Assembly (NCBI GenBank): GCA_023213395.1
Contig: CM041465.1
Span: 153,085,741-153,149,740, forward strand
Origin: Cycas panzhihuaensis
Lineage: Eukaryota; Plantae; Cycadophyta
Length of the DNA stretch: 64,000 bases
Direction: 5' to 3'
Position 1 is the stretch's first letter. Each line of letters starts with the position of its first letter. A model generated the notes under the pieces. That model was not told the origin of the DNA, ran no database searches, and saw nothing but the letters and a program-made list of their open reading frames with translations. The translations under genes were made by a program, and so were the position numbers. Below, in pieces: positions 12,909-28,522 of the stretch.

Positions 12909-14014
12909 GGTCACGACCTATAAAACACCATCAAATAAGTTAGATCTGGACCTATACTTCCTACTCGTCCCCTAGACTGCCTCTTGGCTTCACTTGGTTA
13001 AGATTTGGGGCCTCCTCGGCCCCCATTCTCTTTTTTCTGCAGTTCTGCCTTCACATCGTGCCAAACTTTGAGGTACCACAGAGTTTGGCCTGGGTCTCGT
13101 GGTGATCGGGGCCCTGCAGCAAAGATCATGACACCATGATCTTTGCCGCGGTATGAATGGCACCCCCCTAAAAGGGGGGGTTTTCTACCCAAAAAAATAA
13201 AAAGTTTTCTTCCTGTGGGCGACAGCCAAGCTGATTAGGACCAAGGTTGCCTAATGCCCCGGTCTCGCCCCTCTCTAGATCCAATTCAGAATCCAGGAAG
13301 CCCTTTTCTGCCCATATAGGGCCTAAAAACCTACATAAAAAGCATAAAAAGTAATAAACTTTAAATCACAAGATGGATTGAGTTTTTAAAGATCCACTCA
13401 CTAGATCTGGCTTAGTGCTCGCCATCTCGTCCCCATGGTCCCAACGGCTATCCTTCAGCTCTGATCCGACGGTTTAATCTCCCTTCATGTGCCTCTGAAG
13501 TTGGTAGCACTCTATTGCATAAGGAAATGGCTATGGATTCGCTCGAGAGCCCATGAAAATGAATCCCATTTTCATCGATTTTCCTTATATATGCGGGGGC
13601 TCTGAAGGGCACTGTCTCTATTTTCGCTCTTGTAATAGCCCTTTGGATCATTCCTTACCCCCAATCATCTTTACCTTCTGGCCCTGTCTCCTGTTATGCT
13701 CCTATAACATTCGTCTCGCTTTTTTGTACCGATGCATTGTCGCAGGGCCCTTCTGTCTTGTTTTGTGTGCCACCCCCGTGCATGCCCGAGTTTATACTCG
13801 TTTGGCTCATTTCACTATCCTGGACTCATTTTTGCAGCCTATTCCTACCTTTGGGGTCTCCAAAGGATATGCTCCCTCCGTTTAGAGTCATTCTTTGCTC
13901 TTTAAAGCAGCCTTTGGCATCCCAGGGTGCCCTTTTGCCGCCCGCTCTCAACCAATGATCAGATAGCCTACTCTTATCCTTGGGTAGCCTCATTGCTAGG
14001 TCCTCCTACCCTTC

Positions 14015-14510
14015 ATGGCCATTTATTGCTTATTAGACGAGCCTCTTTTGCTTCGACTCATACATTATTGGGTATTTTCTCTACTGAGATATTTCCTTCC
14101 ATCATCCATATCTCTCTTCATTTTTACCGCTGGCGGAAGCTGCGGTAATCCTGGACCTTCTGCTACTGCATGGATTCTTTACAGCCCTTTCGGACATGAT
14201 TTTCTATGCTCCGAAATCTTCCTCCCCAAGGCCACTAATAAGAAAGCCAAATACATGGCCGTTATCAAGGCCCTCACTGATGGACTCCATTTCCATCATG
14301 GACCTATTGCTCTTCTTTACGACTCCTCGGTGGTGGTGTCCCATCTCACCCAGGTTTACCAGATGCGATGCCCTCACTTAAGAGCCCTCGCTTTGGCAGT
14401 TAGATCCTTATTGGCTAATTTCCAGTCTATCGACATCTAACACATTCCTCGAGCCCTCAACGATGAGGCAGATAGCCTTGTTCGCCTCATCCTTAAGCGC
14501 CGCCTTCCTC
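14015..14510 (+). pseudogene. Archaeal-type RNase HI (aRH) of A2, not fused to pol
   Basis: FTAGGSCGNPGPSATAW...ATNKKAKY...YDSSVVVSHL...I*HIPRALNDEADSL. The first Asp and the Glu are mutated. Confidence 0.85.
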
Positions 14511-14952
14511 TTCTTGTTGACCGCCCCTAAGATTTGCCAGGTCACCCTGTCACCCAAATCTCGGGCCATCATATAGATCACCTTGCAACCCGTTTGCACC
14601 TCTGAAAGCTATCTGCTAATGAGGTTAAACTATGGTGACTACCAGGTTTATTCATTCACCCTTTTACTTGGCATCATCATTCACATCTCTTTGCATTTTC
14701 ATGATGGGGGCAATCCCCTCATCCTTCTTAGCTTCTAGTCAATTCTTAGGTGGCATATGGGTTGACACTATGTTGTCTCCACCTCTATCCTTGTATCCAT
14801 GCATTCTTCCATGACACTTGCTAGCACCCTTCGCTCCTATTATGATCATGATTTATATATATACATACACATATGCTATTGACAGTTTTGTTGCTAGCAT
14901 TCACCATTGCACCATGCTTTTGAGCAGCGAGGCTCTACTGCCAAGGGGGTAG

Positions 14953-17841
<2,889 letters not shown>

Positions 17842-18314
17842 GAGACCAAGGAAATTTCATGTAGGAGACAAAGTATTTAAACTTGAATATTTATGTGAAA
17901 AATAACAAAAAAATAACTCCAAGTAGATAGGCCCTTATTTAGTCATTAAATATCTAAATAATGGAGCCTATTGCCTCTTTGCCCATGATGGGCTCGAGTT
18001 TTAAATACCCATTAATTCTCAATTTTTTAGAAACTACTATGCTTAGACTATCTCCATAATAAGTATAAACTATGACTCTAAAAATCTTCCTATTAATAAA
18101 CCTAAACTATATTAGGTCAAACATCTTACTTTCCCCAAGACTTATCCTTAGAGGGTACCACTCTGAAAATGAGTAGAAACTAAATATTTATACTTTGTTA
18201 TCCAAAAAATACAAAAGAAAATTAAAGCTATAAAATAACAAATAATATATACTTGCATCATTCCCCCTTTCTTCACTTTATTTGAAGCCTTTTTAGGTTT
18301 CATCCTCCCTTAAC

Positions 18315-20170
18315 TTTTCTTTTTTTTTTCCCTGTTATATCATAAAAAATTAGAAGGGGTTTTAACAGGTCCCCAAACCTTTTATATCAACTACCTTTCA
18401 ACAAAAATAGGAATGGGCATGACATGCCCATGGCCTAGCCAAACTAACTCATGCCATACACCCTCTTCTAACAACCTCCCTCATTGTGTATTAACAAGTC
18501 CAATATGACCAGACTCAAGAGATCCTCCTGGAAGTTCTCTCTCCACACCTGATTTCTTTTATTTAACACCGCCCAGTTTGCCAGCAAGTCTGCTGCAGCA
18601 TTTCCTTCCCTATACGTGTGCCAGATCTGAACTCTCTGCTTGGAGCTTAGGACATCCTAAGCATCCCTTATCATATCCAGATTACCCTAGTCCACCTCCA
18701 TCTCCCCTCCCTTAAGGGTCCTGATCACATTTAGGGAGTCTTCTTCTATTATCACTCTCTCATGTTCATCCTCATCCACCATTGCTATCGCCTTCTGCAT
18801 AGCCTTGAATTCAACTTTGTGGTTTGTCTGATGACCATAGTATTCTGCAAATTCCCAACTCACTATCCCATCATGGTTCCTGCATAAGCCTCCCCCACCT
18901 GCCTCACTAGGGTTTCCTTTGGCTGCACCATCAAAATTGATTTTTACCCAAGTCTTATTGGGCAGGGTCCAGTGGTAGGTCCGCCTTTTCACTCCCCTAC
19001 CACTCGGGCATTTTATTCCCCATCCTGCCAAGATGCTTTCTTCTCCCTTAGGGATCCTATCCTCATCCATGGGATTTAGCAGCTCTAAGGTGTCCCTCTG
19101 AATCTTATCAAAGATTCTCTACTTGTCCAACTCTTTACCTTGGAAGATTCTCCTATTACGCTCCTTCTATATATTCCAAGTCCCAACCATCAGCATTAGT
19201 TTCCATAGCATTCCCAACATTTTACTCCTAAAGGGAGATTTCCACATCATTCACTCTATAGGGTCCTAGGGGCCACCCATTCTATCCCTAAATTGGACCA
19301 TAAGATGGCCCAGATGCCTCTAGAAAAGGGTAATAGATGCTGACGTGGTCCAAAGACTCAGCATCCACCCTACATAGCTCACATATATTCACCATAGAAA
19401 ACCCATGCTTATGAAGATTATCAATTGTTAGAATCTTATTCTGCAGCCATAACCACCAAAATGCAACTACCTTTAGGATAAGCCCTAACTTCCATGCCCC
19501 AGCCAATAGATCCTCCTTGACCAGACCTTCCTCTAACATAAATTAATTATAACCATCCTTTACAGTGTATGACCCTAAAGGGGATAATGACCAAATCAAA
19601 GTATCCACTAAAGCCCTATTAAGGATGTACTAATGGTGTAATTCACCTTTGAGGTTTTGAATCCCCTCCTCCATGCCCTACAGTTCATCAAACGTTCTAC
19701 AGTTCATCAAACGTTCTCCACTTCCTATTTTTACCTTGTCCCTCTTAGTAGTCCTTAACTAGTGGGCCATATGTACCCTCATAGACCCCCTGCATGTTAC
19801 CAATAGATGGTAAATCTCTTAGTTTATAGTTGCCACACCATTTATCCTCCCAAAATCTGATGTTTTCCCCATTCCAAAGCTTCCATCTTAGGCCATTGCT
19901 TAGAATGGGCCTCGAGAATAGGAGGCCTTTCCAAATGGGGGACCCAATAACCCCCCCGCCTCATCTTTTAGGAAGTGCTTGCCTCTTAGGTATTTCCTGG
20001 CTATGATGTTTCCTCATTGAGAGCCTTCCTCTTTTACCAATCTCCAACCCAGTTTAGATAATATAGCTCTATTAAAGAGCCCCAGTCTCCTAACATTAAG
20101 CCCCCCTACCCACCTTGGCTTATATACCTTCTCCCAAGAAACTAAATATATTCTATTTTTCTCCTCAGTT
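18315..20170 (-). mobile_element. 5'-truncated L1-clade LINE (post-RT region, zf-RVT, RNase H-like domain, poly-A tail)
   Basis: TSD CTCCCTTAAC at 18305-18314 and 20171-20180; poly-T on + at 18315-18329. Motifs LVSWEKVYKP..GGL, NKILTIDNL..CELC..ESLDH and WVKINFDGAAKGNP..HTYREGNAAADLLA. The empty site is visible near 58445. Confidence 0.93.
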
Positions 20171-21272
20171 CTCCCTTAACGTGGATTAACATGGTAATCC
20201 TCAATTATTGGTGTAACTAGTCAGCTTCTTCATTTGGTGTTCTATGATGCCTAAGTAGCTTCTACCTTAGATAAGTCTTAGATATTCGTGGTACTATCTC
20301 TCATTCTTGACTCTTTTAAACTAATTAACAACTATTCTTATACTCTCAATGATTAAAATATTCTTCATCCCTTAGTCAATTGGTGAGTCACCTATTAGAC
20401 TCCTCATCTACCCTTTATAGTCTATAAGTTATCTTTTAAGTAATTAGAAATTTACCTACGTAAGTGATTGTGTCTTGTCTTTCTTTCTCCTATGGTTCAT
20501 TGGGTACTTAGTACTAAATCAAACCTTGTTGGTAGTACCCCTTCTACTCCTTGATAGTTAGTTGTTCAAGACCTTCCCTTCTACCCCTAAGAGATACTTT
20601 TATAAAATATCCTATAAATACCCACAATTTTTCTCTCAAGGGCATGAATTTAGGCTTTTTGTCACTTATATCCCTTTAAATCCTAATCTCCCATGGTTTT
20701 GCTAATCATGACTACACTCTCCTAAGTTATTAGTCATTCTCATGTACTACTCCTTGACAAAAATTATGTGATGATCATAGTCACCTATCCCCTAATAGGC
20801 ATGAGGGTGGATAAGATGAGTCATCTAGAAAATGGATTTAATGATGTCAAGTTTACCATGACCCTTGTCTAAACCATCATATAGAGTGATAAATTTTCTA
20901 AAGGAAAAGAGAGAGAGAAAATTTGTGTATATAATGGTTAGCACCTTTTTGGCATTTGGGACATGTCGTGTGTTAACTTTGCTTTCACCTGCAACATGTA
21001 GTTCAAATCCAGTTGTGTGTATCATATAGGACCCTTGAATCCAATTGTTTAGGCCCACTTAAGTTGGGAAAAGTTGGATTATAATGATGAAACCAAACTA
21101 TAGAGCTCATATCTACCTAGTTGTCTCACACACCTTCCCCCTATTCGTTAGCTTGTCTCTGAGTTTGTATCCTTCCCCATTACGGCCTTAAACATCTATA
21201 CTAATGGTGGGAGCCAAGGGAACCCAAGAATTTTCACTGTAACATGGGTCATCCATGATCATAGGGGAATTA

Positions 21273-21570
21273 TGAAAAGGGTTAATGACATAAGGTCATT
21301 ACATTAGTTGATTATTTCGAAAAAGGGTCTTAAGTGAACTTTAAATTAGATCACTTAAGTGAAATGCACTTTCATGTGCATTATGTGTAATTTCATTTCA
21401 CCTAACTCAAATGCTTCCTCTCTCAATATAAAAGTAAAGCTCAATGGAGGAGATTCATTCTTTACCTCCCCATTTTGTGAGAGCTACTTTCTTTCTCTTA
21501 AGTCTCTCTTGCTCCCATGTTTGCCTTTGTGTTTAGTGCATGGAGATGAAGGATAGATCCACTCTTTTCA
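21273..21570 (+). repeat. 5' LTR (298 bp)
   Basis: Identical to 28523-28820 except for two C/T substitutions. Confidence 0.97.
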
Positions 21571-21572
21571 TG

Positions 21573-21584
21573 TGGTATCAGAGC
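21573..21584 (+). other. Primer-binding site, tRNA-iMet
   Basis: TGGTATCAGAGC 2 nt after the LTR. Confidence 0.95.
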
Positions 21585-23610
21585 TTGCTTCCTTCATATT
21601 CCCCACTTGCACTTGCAATGGAGCCATCACTTCCTTCTCCCCCACAATCCATGTGGTGAAGGAGATTGTGAAAGTGAATTTAGAAACATTTTCAAGTTAT
21701 TATGATAGCATATTTTATATTGTTTGCTTTTCCTTTCTCTTTTGCAGGTTTGGAAGCATAATACAAGGAGTTGTAAGGCCCAAGGATTCCAATACTTTGC
21801 TGGCCATTCATGCTATCTCATTCTTCTTTTTCTTTTCCCTTTTTTTCCCATTTAACAAGGGGAAATGCTACCGAAATTTTTCCAGCATTTAGAAGAATGA
21901 TTGTAAGGGGAGTTTTTACCCATTTTTTTTAAAGAATTTTGAGCCATTAAAAATATCTATCATTGTATGCTCTCACCTTGCCCATATTGGGATCCTGGTG
22001 ATCAAAAAATGATGGAAATTTCATATGGTATCATGTGTTAATGAGATATTAGCAAGCTGAAATTTCTGCAGAAATGCAATTTGATTACTAAACTTCACAA
22101 GTCTGCAAAATTGTCTACAGAGATCCAATTGAAGTGATTCTAGTTGTCAAAGATGGGGCTCTGAGTCTACTTTCCAGTGCAAAAATTAGCACCTAATTTG
22201 GATGTCGTATGAGGAAGTTATTGCTGTTTTAGTGAACAGCAGTTATTTTTAGTAAGAATTCTGGAAAAATATCATTTCCTAACTTTTCGGGGCTGTCAAA
22301 AACTTTCCAGAACTCATTTGGACCTGATTCCACTTCCTGGAGATGAAGACCTGATCTAGTTTGCAGCACAAAAATCGGCACTCCATTTCGGCATCGTGGG
22401 AGAAAGTTATTGCAGATTTAGTGAAGAGTACTTTTTTTGTATTAACAAAAAAAAAAAAAAAAAAAAGTGAAGAAAAATTCTTCCTTTTTATAAGGCTTAA
22501 AAGCCCATTGTAAAAGTGAGAAAAAAAAAAACACCTAGATTAGAGCAATATCCGGTGTCCTCACTTACTTATTAACATTGCATTTCAGCACTCTAAAATC
22601 ACTCAAAGCAAGCACACCAAAGACACTTCAAGCAAGCACTCCAAAAGCACTCCAAGCAAGCATTATTTTCAGTTAAATGTACGTTTGATGCAATTCGATA
22701 ATCTTTTCACTCTTCCTAAAAGGAACGCATCATGTACGCTATTTTCTGCCATCTTGTACCTGTTCACACACTCACCAAGGTTGAGATACCTTGGTTGGCA
22801 GAATCTTGGTGCCATAAAGGAGGTGTGGGTTTCAAGTTGGGACGGACTAAACCTAATATTGGTGAGGTTTGGTTAGCCATACCATCGTGCCTCAATCAGG
22901 GATCATCCTGATAACCAACCAGGAAAACTAAAACTTTAATACAAGATTAAAATATACCCGATCCAATATCCGTCATAGCCATGGGTATGCACGTACCACT
23001 CTTTAGAGGAGGTATATAATGCTCATTGGTGAACTGGTGAGGATTGGGAGTACTGGCTCCTGTGACTTGGATTTCATCACCAAGCACGATTAAGTGTATC
23101 GCGGTGAAGGCCAAATTAATTCTACTAGAAGCCTAGGCATCCCTTCAACAACCTCAACTACACGTTGGACACAAGTTAGAGGTTATTGGGTTGATTACGC
23201 ATCTTACATTCGAGTTTCAAGTTGTGTAAACCCAATGATGTCAACTTCTACATTGGCCTACAATCTTGTATATTGATCACTTACTTATTTGTAAAAAGTG
23301 ATCCATAGTGTAATCACAATCATAGTGCTTCTCATATTCCAGCTGCGTCAGGTTAATATTTGCCACAAGCGTTAGTGGCCAATTTTTATCATAGTGCTTC
23401 TCATATTCCTGCTGCGTCAGGTTAATATTTGTCACAAGTGTTGGTGACTTTTCTCTAAGTTGCTCCCTTCATCTTTGAGCAACCATTCTCACTTCTTCTT
23501 CCTTCTTCTACACTACTTCATTACATTTCCCATTTATAAATAGTGATCAGTCATTTATTACCATCACTTTTATAGTCCCTTGTTCATTTCTTCCCTTCTA
23601 AAAAGACACA

Positions 23611-26600
23611 ATGTCTTCACAATTCAAGCAAAATATGAACTGCATTCTAAAAGGGAAAGAAAATTGGGACATGTGGTTCATCGTGTCGAAATGTCAGAAA
23701 GTATGAAGGTCTATGGAGAGATCACTTACAACCTACACCACCTGCATTTACAATACTACCACAACTACTTCAAAGCAGAGGTGCTCCAACCGCCCCATCA
23801 AGCCGTAGCTAAACGCCAATGGGAACTTGATGATGATAAAATCCGCAGTGGATACCGCTTTGTCACTAATTATTCCCTGCATAATCTCATTGATGAAGCT
23901 GTATATGATACAGCATGGAAAGTTCTTGAAGTTCTTAAGAAGAACTTTGACACTAAATCGGACTTAGAGTTTGTTCACTTAGTCTTGAAGATGAACAAAT
24001 TGAAAATGCAGAAAGGACATGCAAGTGAGACAATCAATCTCCTTCGTCCAATCAAGCAAGCCATTGATAAAGATTTTAAAACTCAATGCATTACATGGGC
24101 TTTCTTGATTCACCATGTCTCCATATCCCGATTATAAAAATCTATTGGGAGTCTTCAATCCAAGGAACTTTAAAGACCCTAAACTTTGAGGATCTTCCGA
24201 TAAGTTCATTGAATTTGATAAGACCTTTGATACCAACTTTGCCACTACATCGATCCAATTGATGTTGCTTTTGAAGTGGAAGAAGATCTTTGTTACACCA
24301 AAATCAAGGTCAATACTCTCAGAGAGGTGGTAATTCAGGAAGAGGAAGAGGTAGACAACAAGGACATGTCCTCTTAGTCAATGTGCTCCTCAATTCCAAC
24401 AAAATAGCCTCAAGGCCAAGGGCAAAATAATCAACTTGGACCTAGATCCAAGAATCGAGACAATCCACCAAATTTAATACTTGACCTGAAATCAAACAAT
24501 CGTGTGCCAAAGGTGTAATAGAAGAGGACATTATGCCAAAATTGCGTAATCGCCACCAACAAACTACCAAGTTATCAACAGGCCATGGTGCACATAATGT
24601 TGATAATACTTCTTTGAAGATGCTTTTGGTGGAACGAATTTGCTCATGCACACCTTCAAAGAATTGGGACCACTTCATCAAATGTTGTTGATAGATCCAC
24701 TAAGTATATTGAGGCTCATTGTGGCTATGCTTATTCACTTTTGCCTTCACCACTTGGAGTTGCAAATAGTGCTACCTTAAATACTTCGTCGTGGATCATG
24801 GATATTGGAGCAACACAACACATGACCTGTTATCGCCTGCTCTTTCAGGATTTTGACTCTGAAGTTCGTGGTGTTGTACACATGGTCGACAAATCATCTC
24901 GGCCGATCAAGGACTTGGAGCTTGCACGAAACTCCTGTGCCTTCCAGTTTTACACTTGTTGATGTTTTATATTCTTGCTCAAGCGTAATCGCTCCCCGTC
25001 CACTCTTGTCTCTCGTGGATTTGATCCGAGTGTAATCGCAAACAATCAAACTCTCCGTGTCATTCACCCTCCTTCAAATCGTGGTTATGACCGAATTCTT
25101 GATGGTAAACTTTTCGCCTAACTGGCTCACCATCCTCTGAAGTCAACTATGTTGATGATGAATTTGTTTTTACCACAACCCTGACTCCTCAAAAGTTGTC
25201 CCAAGCAGCTCTATGGCATGCTCGTATGGGCCATATCAAAATTGATCGTTTAAGAGAACTACAAGACACTCTTCCTGGTTTGCCTAAGTTCCCCTCCAAG
25301 CCCTTTAAATGTGAAGCATATATTATTACTAAATCTCAAAGACAACCCTTTCCTCGTAGTCAGTGGAAATCTACCCAACCTTTGCAGCTTGTACACTCAG
25401 ATATATGCGGTCCTATGCCCATCCCTTCTATCAAATGTATGGTACTATATTACTTTCATTGATGATTTTACCAAGAAAGTATGGGTTGCTTTCTTGCAAA
25501 GAAAGATGAAGCTTTTTCTATGTTTCAAGCTTTCAAGGCCCACGTGGAAAATGAATCTGCATTTAAGATCAAAATACTCAGGACTGACAATGGTGGCGAG
25601 TACACATCTAATGAGTTTGAATCGTACCTACGTCAACGTGGAATCAAACATCAGACCACTGTTGCAGGTACACCCCAGCAAAATGGAGTTGCCGAGCGTA
25701 TGAACAGGACCATCATGAATATGGCTCGTGCTATGCTGGTATATAAGAATGTCCCTATCTATCTTTGGGCCGAGGCTATCTGGACTGCTGTGTATTGCAT
25801 CAACACTGTTAGTCCCTCCAAGCTCGGCCCTCTCCACATGAAATGTGGTATGGACAAACCCCCTCTATCTCGCACTTCAGAATTTTTGGCTCTACTTGTT
25901 ATGCTCATATTTTGTAGGAACATAGAAATAAGCTCCAAGATAGAGCCATCAAAGGCATCTTTGTTGATACCCTATGGACAAAAATGGATACAAGGTTTTA
26001 TACCTTCGAGCGCAAAATCATCATCACTAGAGATGTTATCTTTGCAGACCGAAGATCAATTACTCGACTTGACTCCAAGACGCCTTCATACCGATTTAAT
26101 GATGCTACCGAATTTGATGTCCGATTCCAAAATTTAGGGGAGATGTCAATGATGCTTAAAATCTTGGAATCTGACAATAGAGCCTCGGAGGATACAAGCT
26201 GTGGCTCCAATCCAATGTATACACATCCAGCACCATCATTTGTGCACAGCCAAGTTGACAAAGGCAAAGCCATAGCAGAAGGATCATCTTCTCCAACATC
26301 TGTGGCTGGCCCATCTTCTCCAGCATCGTCAACCTCCTCCGTGCCAAATATTTCACATGATCCTTTTCAAGATCAAAACGAAGACCAAGAGGTTGTGGAA
26401 ATGAAAACCTCATTCCCAACTCGAGGTTTTCGTGAAGCCTACCAGCTACACAAGGATATGCGACCAGATGAGGTAGGCAAAACTGGCACTAGAAGTGCCC
26501 ATAGAGCAAGGGTGCATGAATCACTTTCCGTTGAGCTTGAACCAAATAGAATCGCATCTTGCTCTTAATGAAGAGCCCCTAACGTACCAAGAAGTCAGAA

Positions 26601-28100
26601 AGCATGTAGCTTGGAGAAATGCCATGAACGAAGAGTATCAATCTCTTATCAAGAACGGTACATAGGACCTCGTGGATCTACCACGTGGAAGAAAGGTAGT
26701 TCAAAATAAATGGGTGATTAAAAACAAGTATAGATCAGCTGGCACACTAGAAATACACAAGGCGAAGTTGGTAGAAGAAGGATTCATGCAAAGGGAAGGC
26801 ATTGACTACATGAAATCTTTGCTCCTACAACCAAGTGGCCTACAATCGAACTCTAATAGCCTTGGTCGCTCAATGTGGTTGGAAAATCCACCAACTAGAT
26901 GTTAAGACCGCATTTCTCAATGGGGACCTTAAAGAAAAAATTTACATGGCTCAGCCAAAAGGATACGAGATTGACGGTCAAAAGCATAAAGTTTGCAGGC
27001 TCAAAAAGTCCTTGTATGGCCTAAAGCAAGCCCCTCGTGCTTGGTTTACCAAGTTGTCTGAAAGAATGAGGCAACTTGGATATGAGGTTTGTGACTATCA
27101 AGATATTGATGCAACATTATTCATCAAGCGCCAAAATGATAAAGTCACTTACCTCTTAATCTTTGTGGATGACATGCTCATAACGGGAATAGTGAGCATG
27201 TGTAATCACTAGTGAAGAAGGATCCTGCTTAAACTTTTGAATTGTCTGACCTCGGGTTGATGAAATATTACTTGGGAATTGAAGTAACTCAAAAGGATGG
27301 CAAAATCTTTCTCTCCAAGAAAAATATATCAACGATCTTGACAAAGTTTCGGTTGGAAGGTGCTCGACCGGTGGATACACCTATGGAGCCTAATATTAAG
27401 CTCTCTTGATGGTGACAATAGGGAGGCAGACGCAACACTCTACAGTGCAACTTGTAGGTAGTCTCATCTATACTACCAACACAAGGCAGATATTACACAC
27501 TGTCAAGATTCTTGCAAGATTCATGACAAATCCTAAGCAGAATCATTGGCAAGCTACAATACGAGTGTTGAGGTACCTAAAGACAACTAGCAAATATGGT
27601 CTGTTGTATGAACCCAATGCAGAATTTAAACTTTATGCATACACAGACTCAGACTTTGCCGGAGATAAAGACACAGGTAGATCTACGTCTGGGTACGTAA
27701 CATTTCTTGGAACAAAGACCAATATCATGGAGATCCGCATGACAAAAGATAGTTGCGGAACTCAATCAAGTCGAGTACATCACGCTTCGAGACAAGCAAG
27801 GAGGTGATATGGCTTAGAAAATTGTTGAATACATTAAATGCCACCCAAACAAGTTCTACTAGCTTACATGTAGATAATCAATCTACAATCCAGATGGCTA
27901 AAAATCACATATTTCATGATCGTACTAAAGATATAAGTACAAAAGTCCACAGGATTAGAGAACTAGTTCATGATGGCACAATTCAATTGAGTACTTGCCC
28001 ACAGCAGATCAAGTGGCCGATATCTTCACCAAACCACCAAGAGGGTGAAGTTTGAACAGCTTAAAGCAACTCACCTTAGGGCCTCCATCTCGGTGATTGA
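23611..28100 (+). pseudogene. Copia gag-pol, many frameshifts
   Basis: PR WIMDIGATQHM; GAG-pre-integrase LWHARMGH; INT LVHSDICGP, RTDNGGEY, QQNGVAER; RT QLDVKTAFLNG, LYGLKQAPRAW, FVDDML; RH YTDSDFAG, VDNQSTI. Confidence 0.93.
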
Positions 28101-28510
28101 ATGAGATGACAATAGGACCATCATACTGTCTCATTCGTGAAAACCCCTTGTGGGCGCGAAAGGAAAAGAGTAAGTCTCGCCTATCCCATTCGTGAAAACC
28201 CCATGTAGGCGCGAAAGGATAAGGGTTGTATCATTTTGGAAAATCGGAACTGTGAAAACCACGAAAGGGCATGGGGATGACCAAATGGTATATGGAGACT
28301 CGATGAGATTTCAGCTACAAAATTTATTGTCTTGATTGGCTATCTGGCTACATTTAAAGAGTCGCCTGAGCCAAAGTTAGTAGATTAGAAAATTTGTGGG
28401 TTTTCTTCCCATGAGGGTTTCCCAAAAGTATCATACCGCTTGCTTTGTAAGAGGCTCAAATGAAGACCTCATAGGATAGAATAAAATAGAATGAAATGAC
28501 CTTCTACCAT

Positions 28511-28522
28511 TAAGGGGGAGAT
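28511..28522 (+). other. Polypurine tract
   Basis: TAAGGGGGAGAT immediately before the 3' LTR. Confidence 0.9.

Noticed and set aside
14610-14640. CTAATGAG...AAAC read as a decayed hammerhead ribozyme core (CTGATGA...GAAA)
   Set aside because: No stem II or GAAA, no flanking stems I/III, and no copy of the motif shows the required G.
18560-19070. RNase H-like ORF as another Tat aRH or a host RNase H gene
   Set aside because: It lies in LINE ORF2 context with zf-RVT, poly-A and a 10-bp TSD.
28135-28220. Resemblance to a large-subunit rRNA segment (AAACCC...GGCGC.A.G.A)
   Set aside because: Too short with no flanking rRNA similarity. It is better explained as UTR hairpin repeats.
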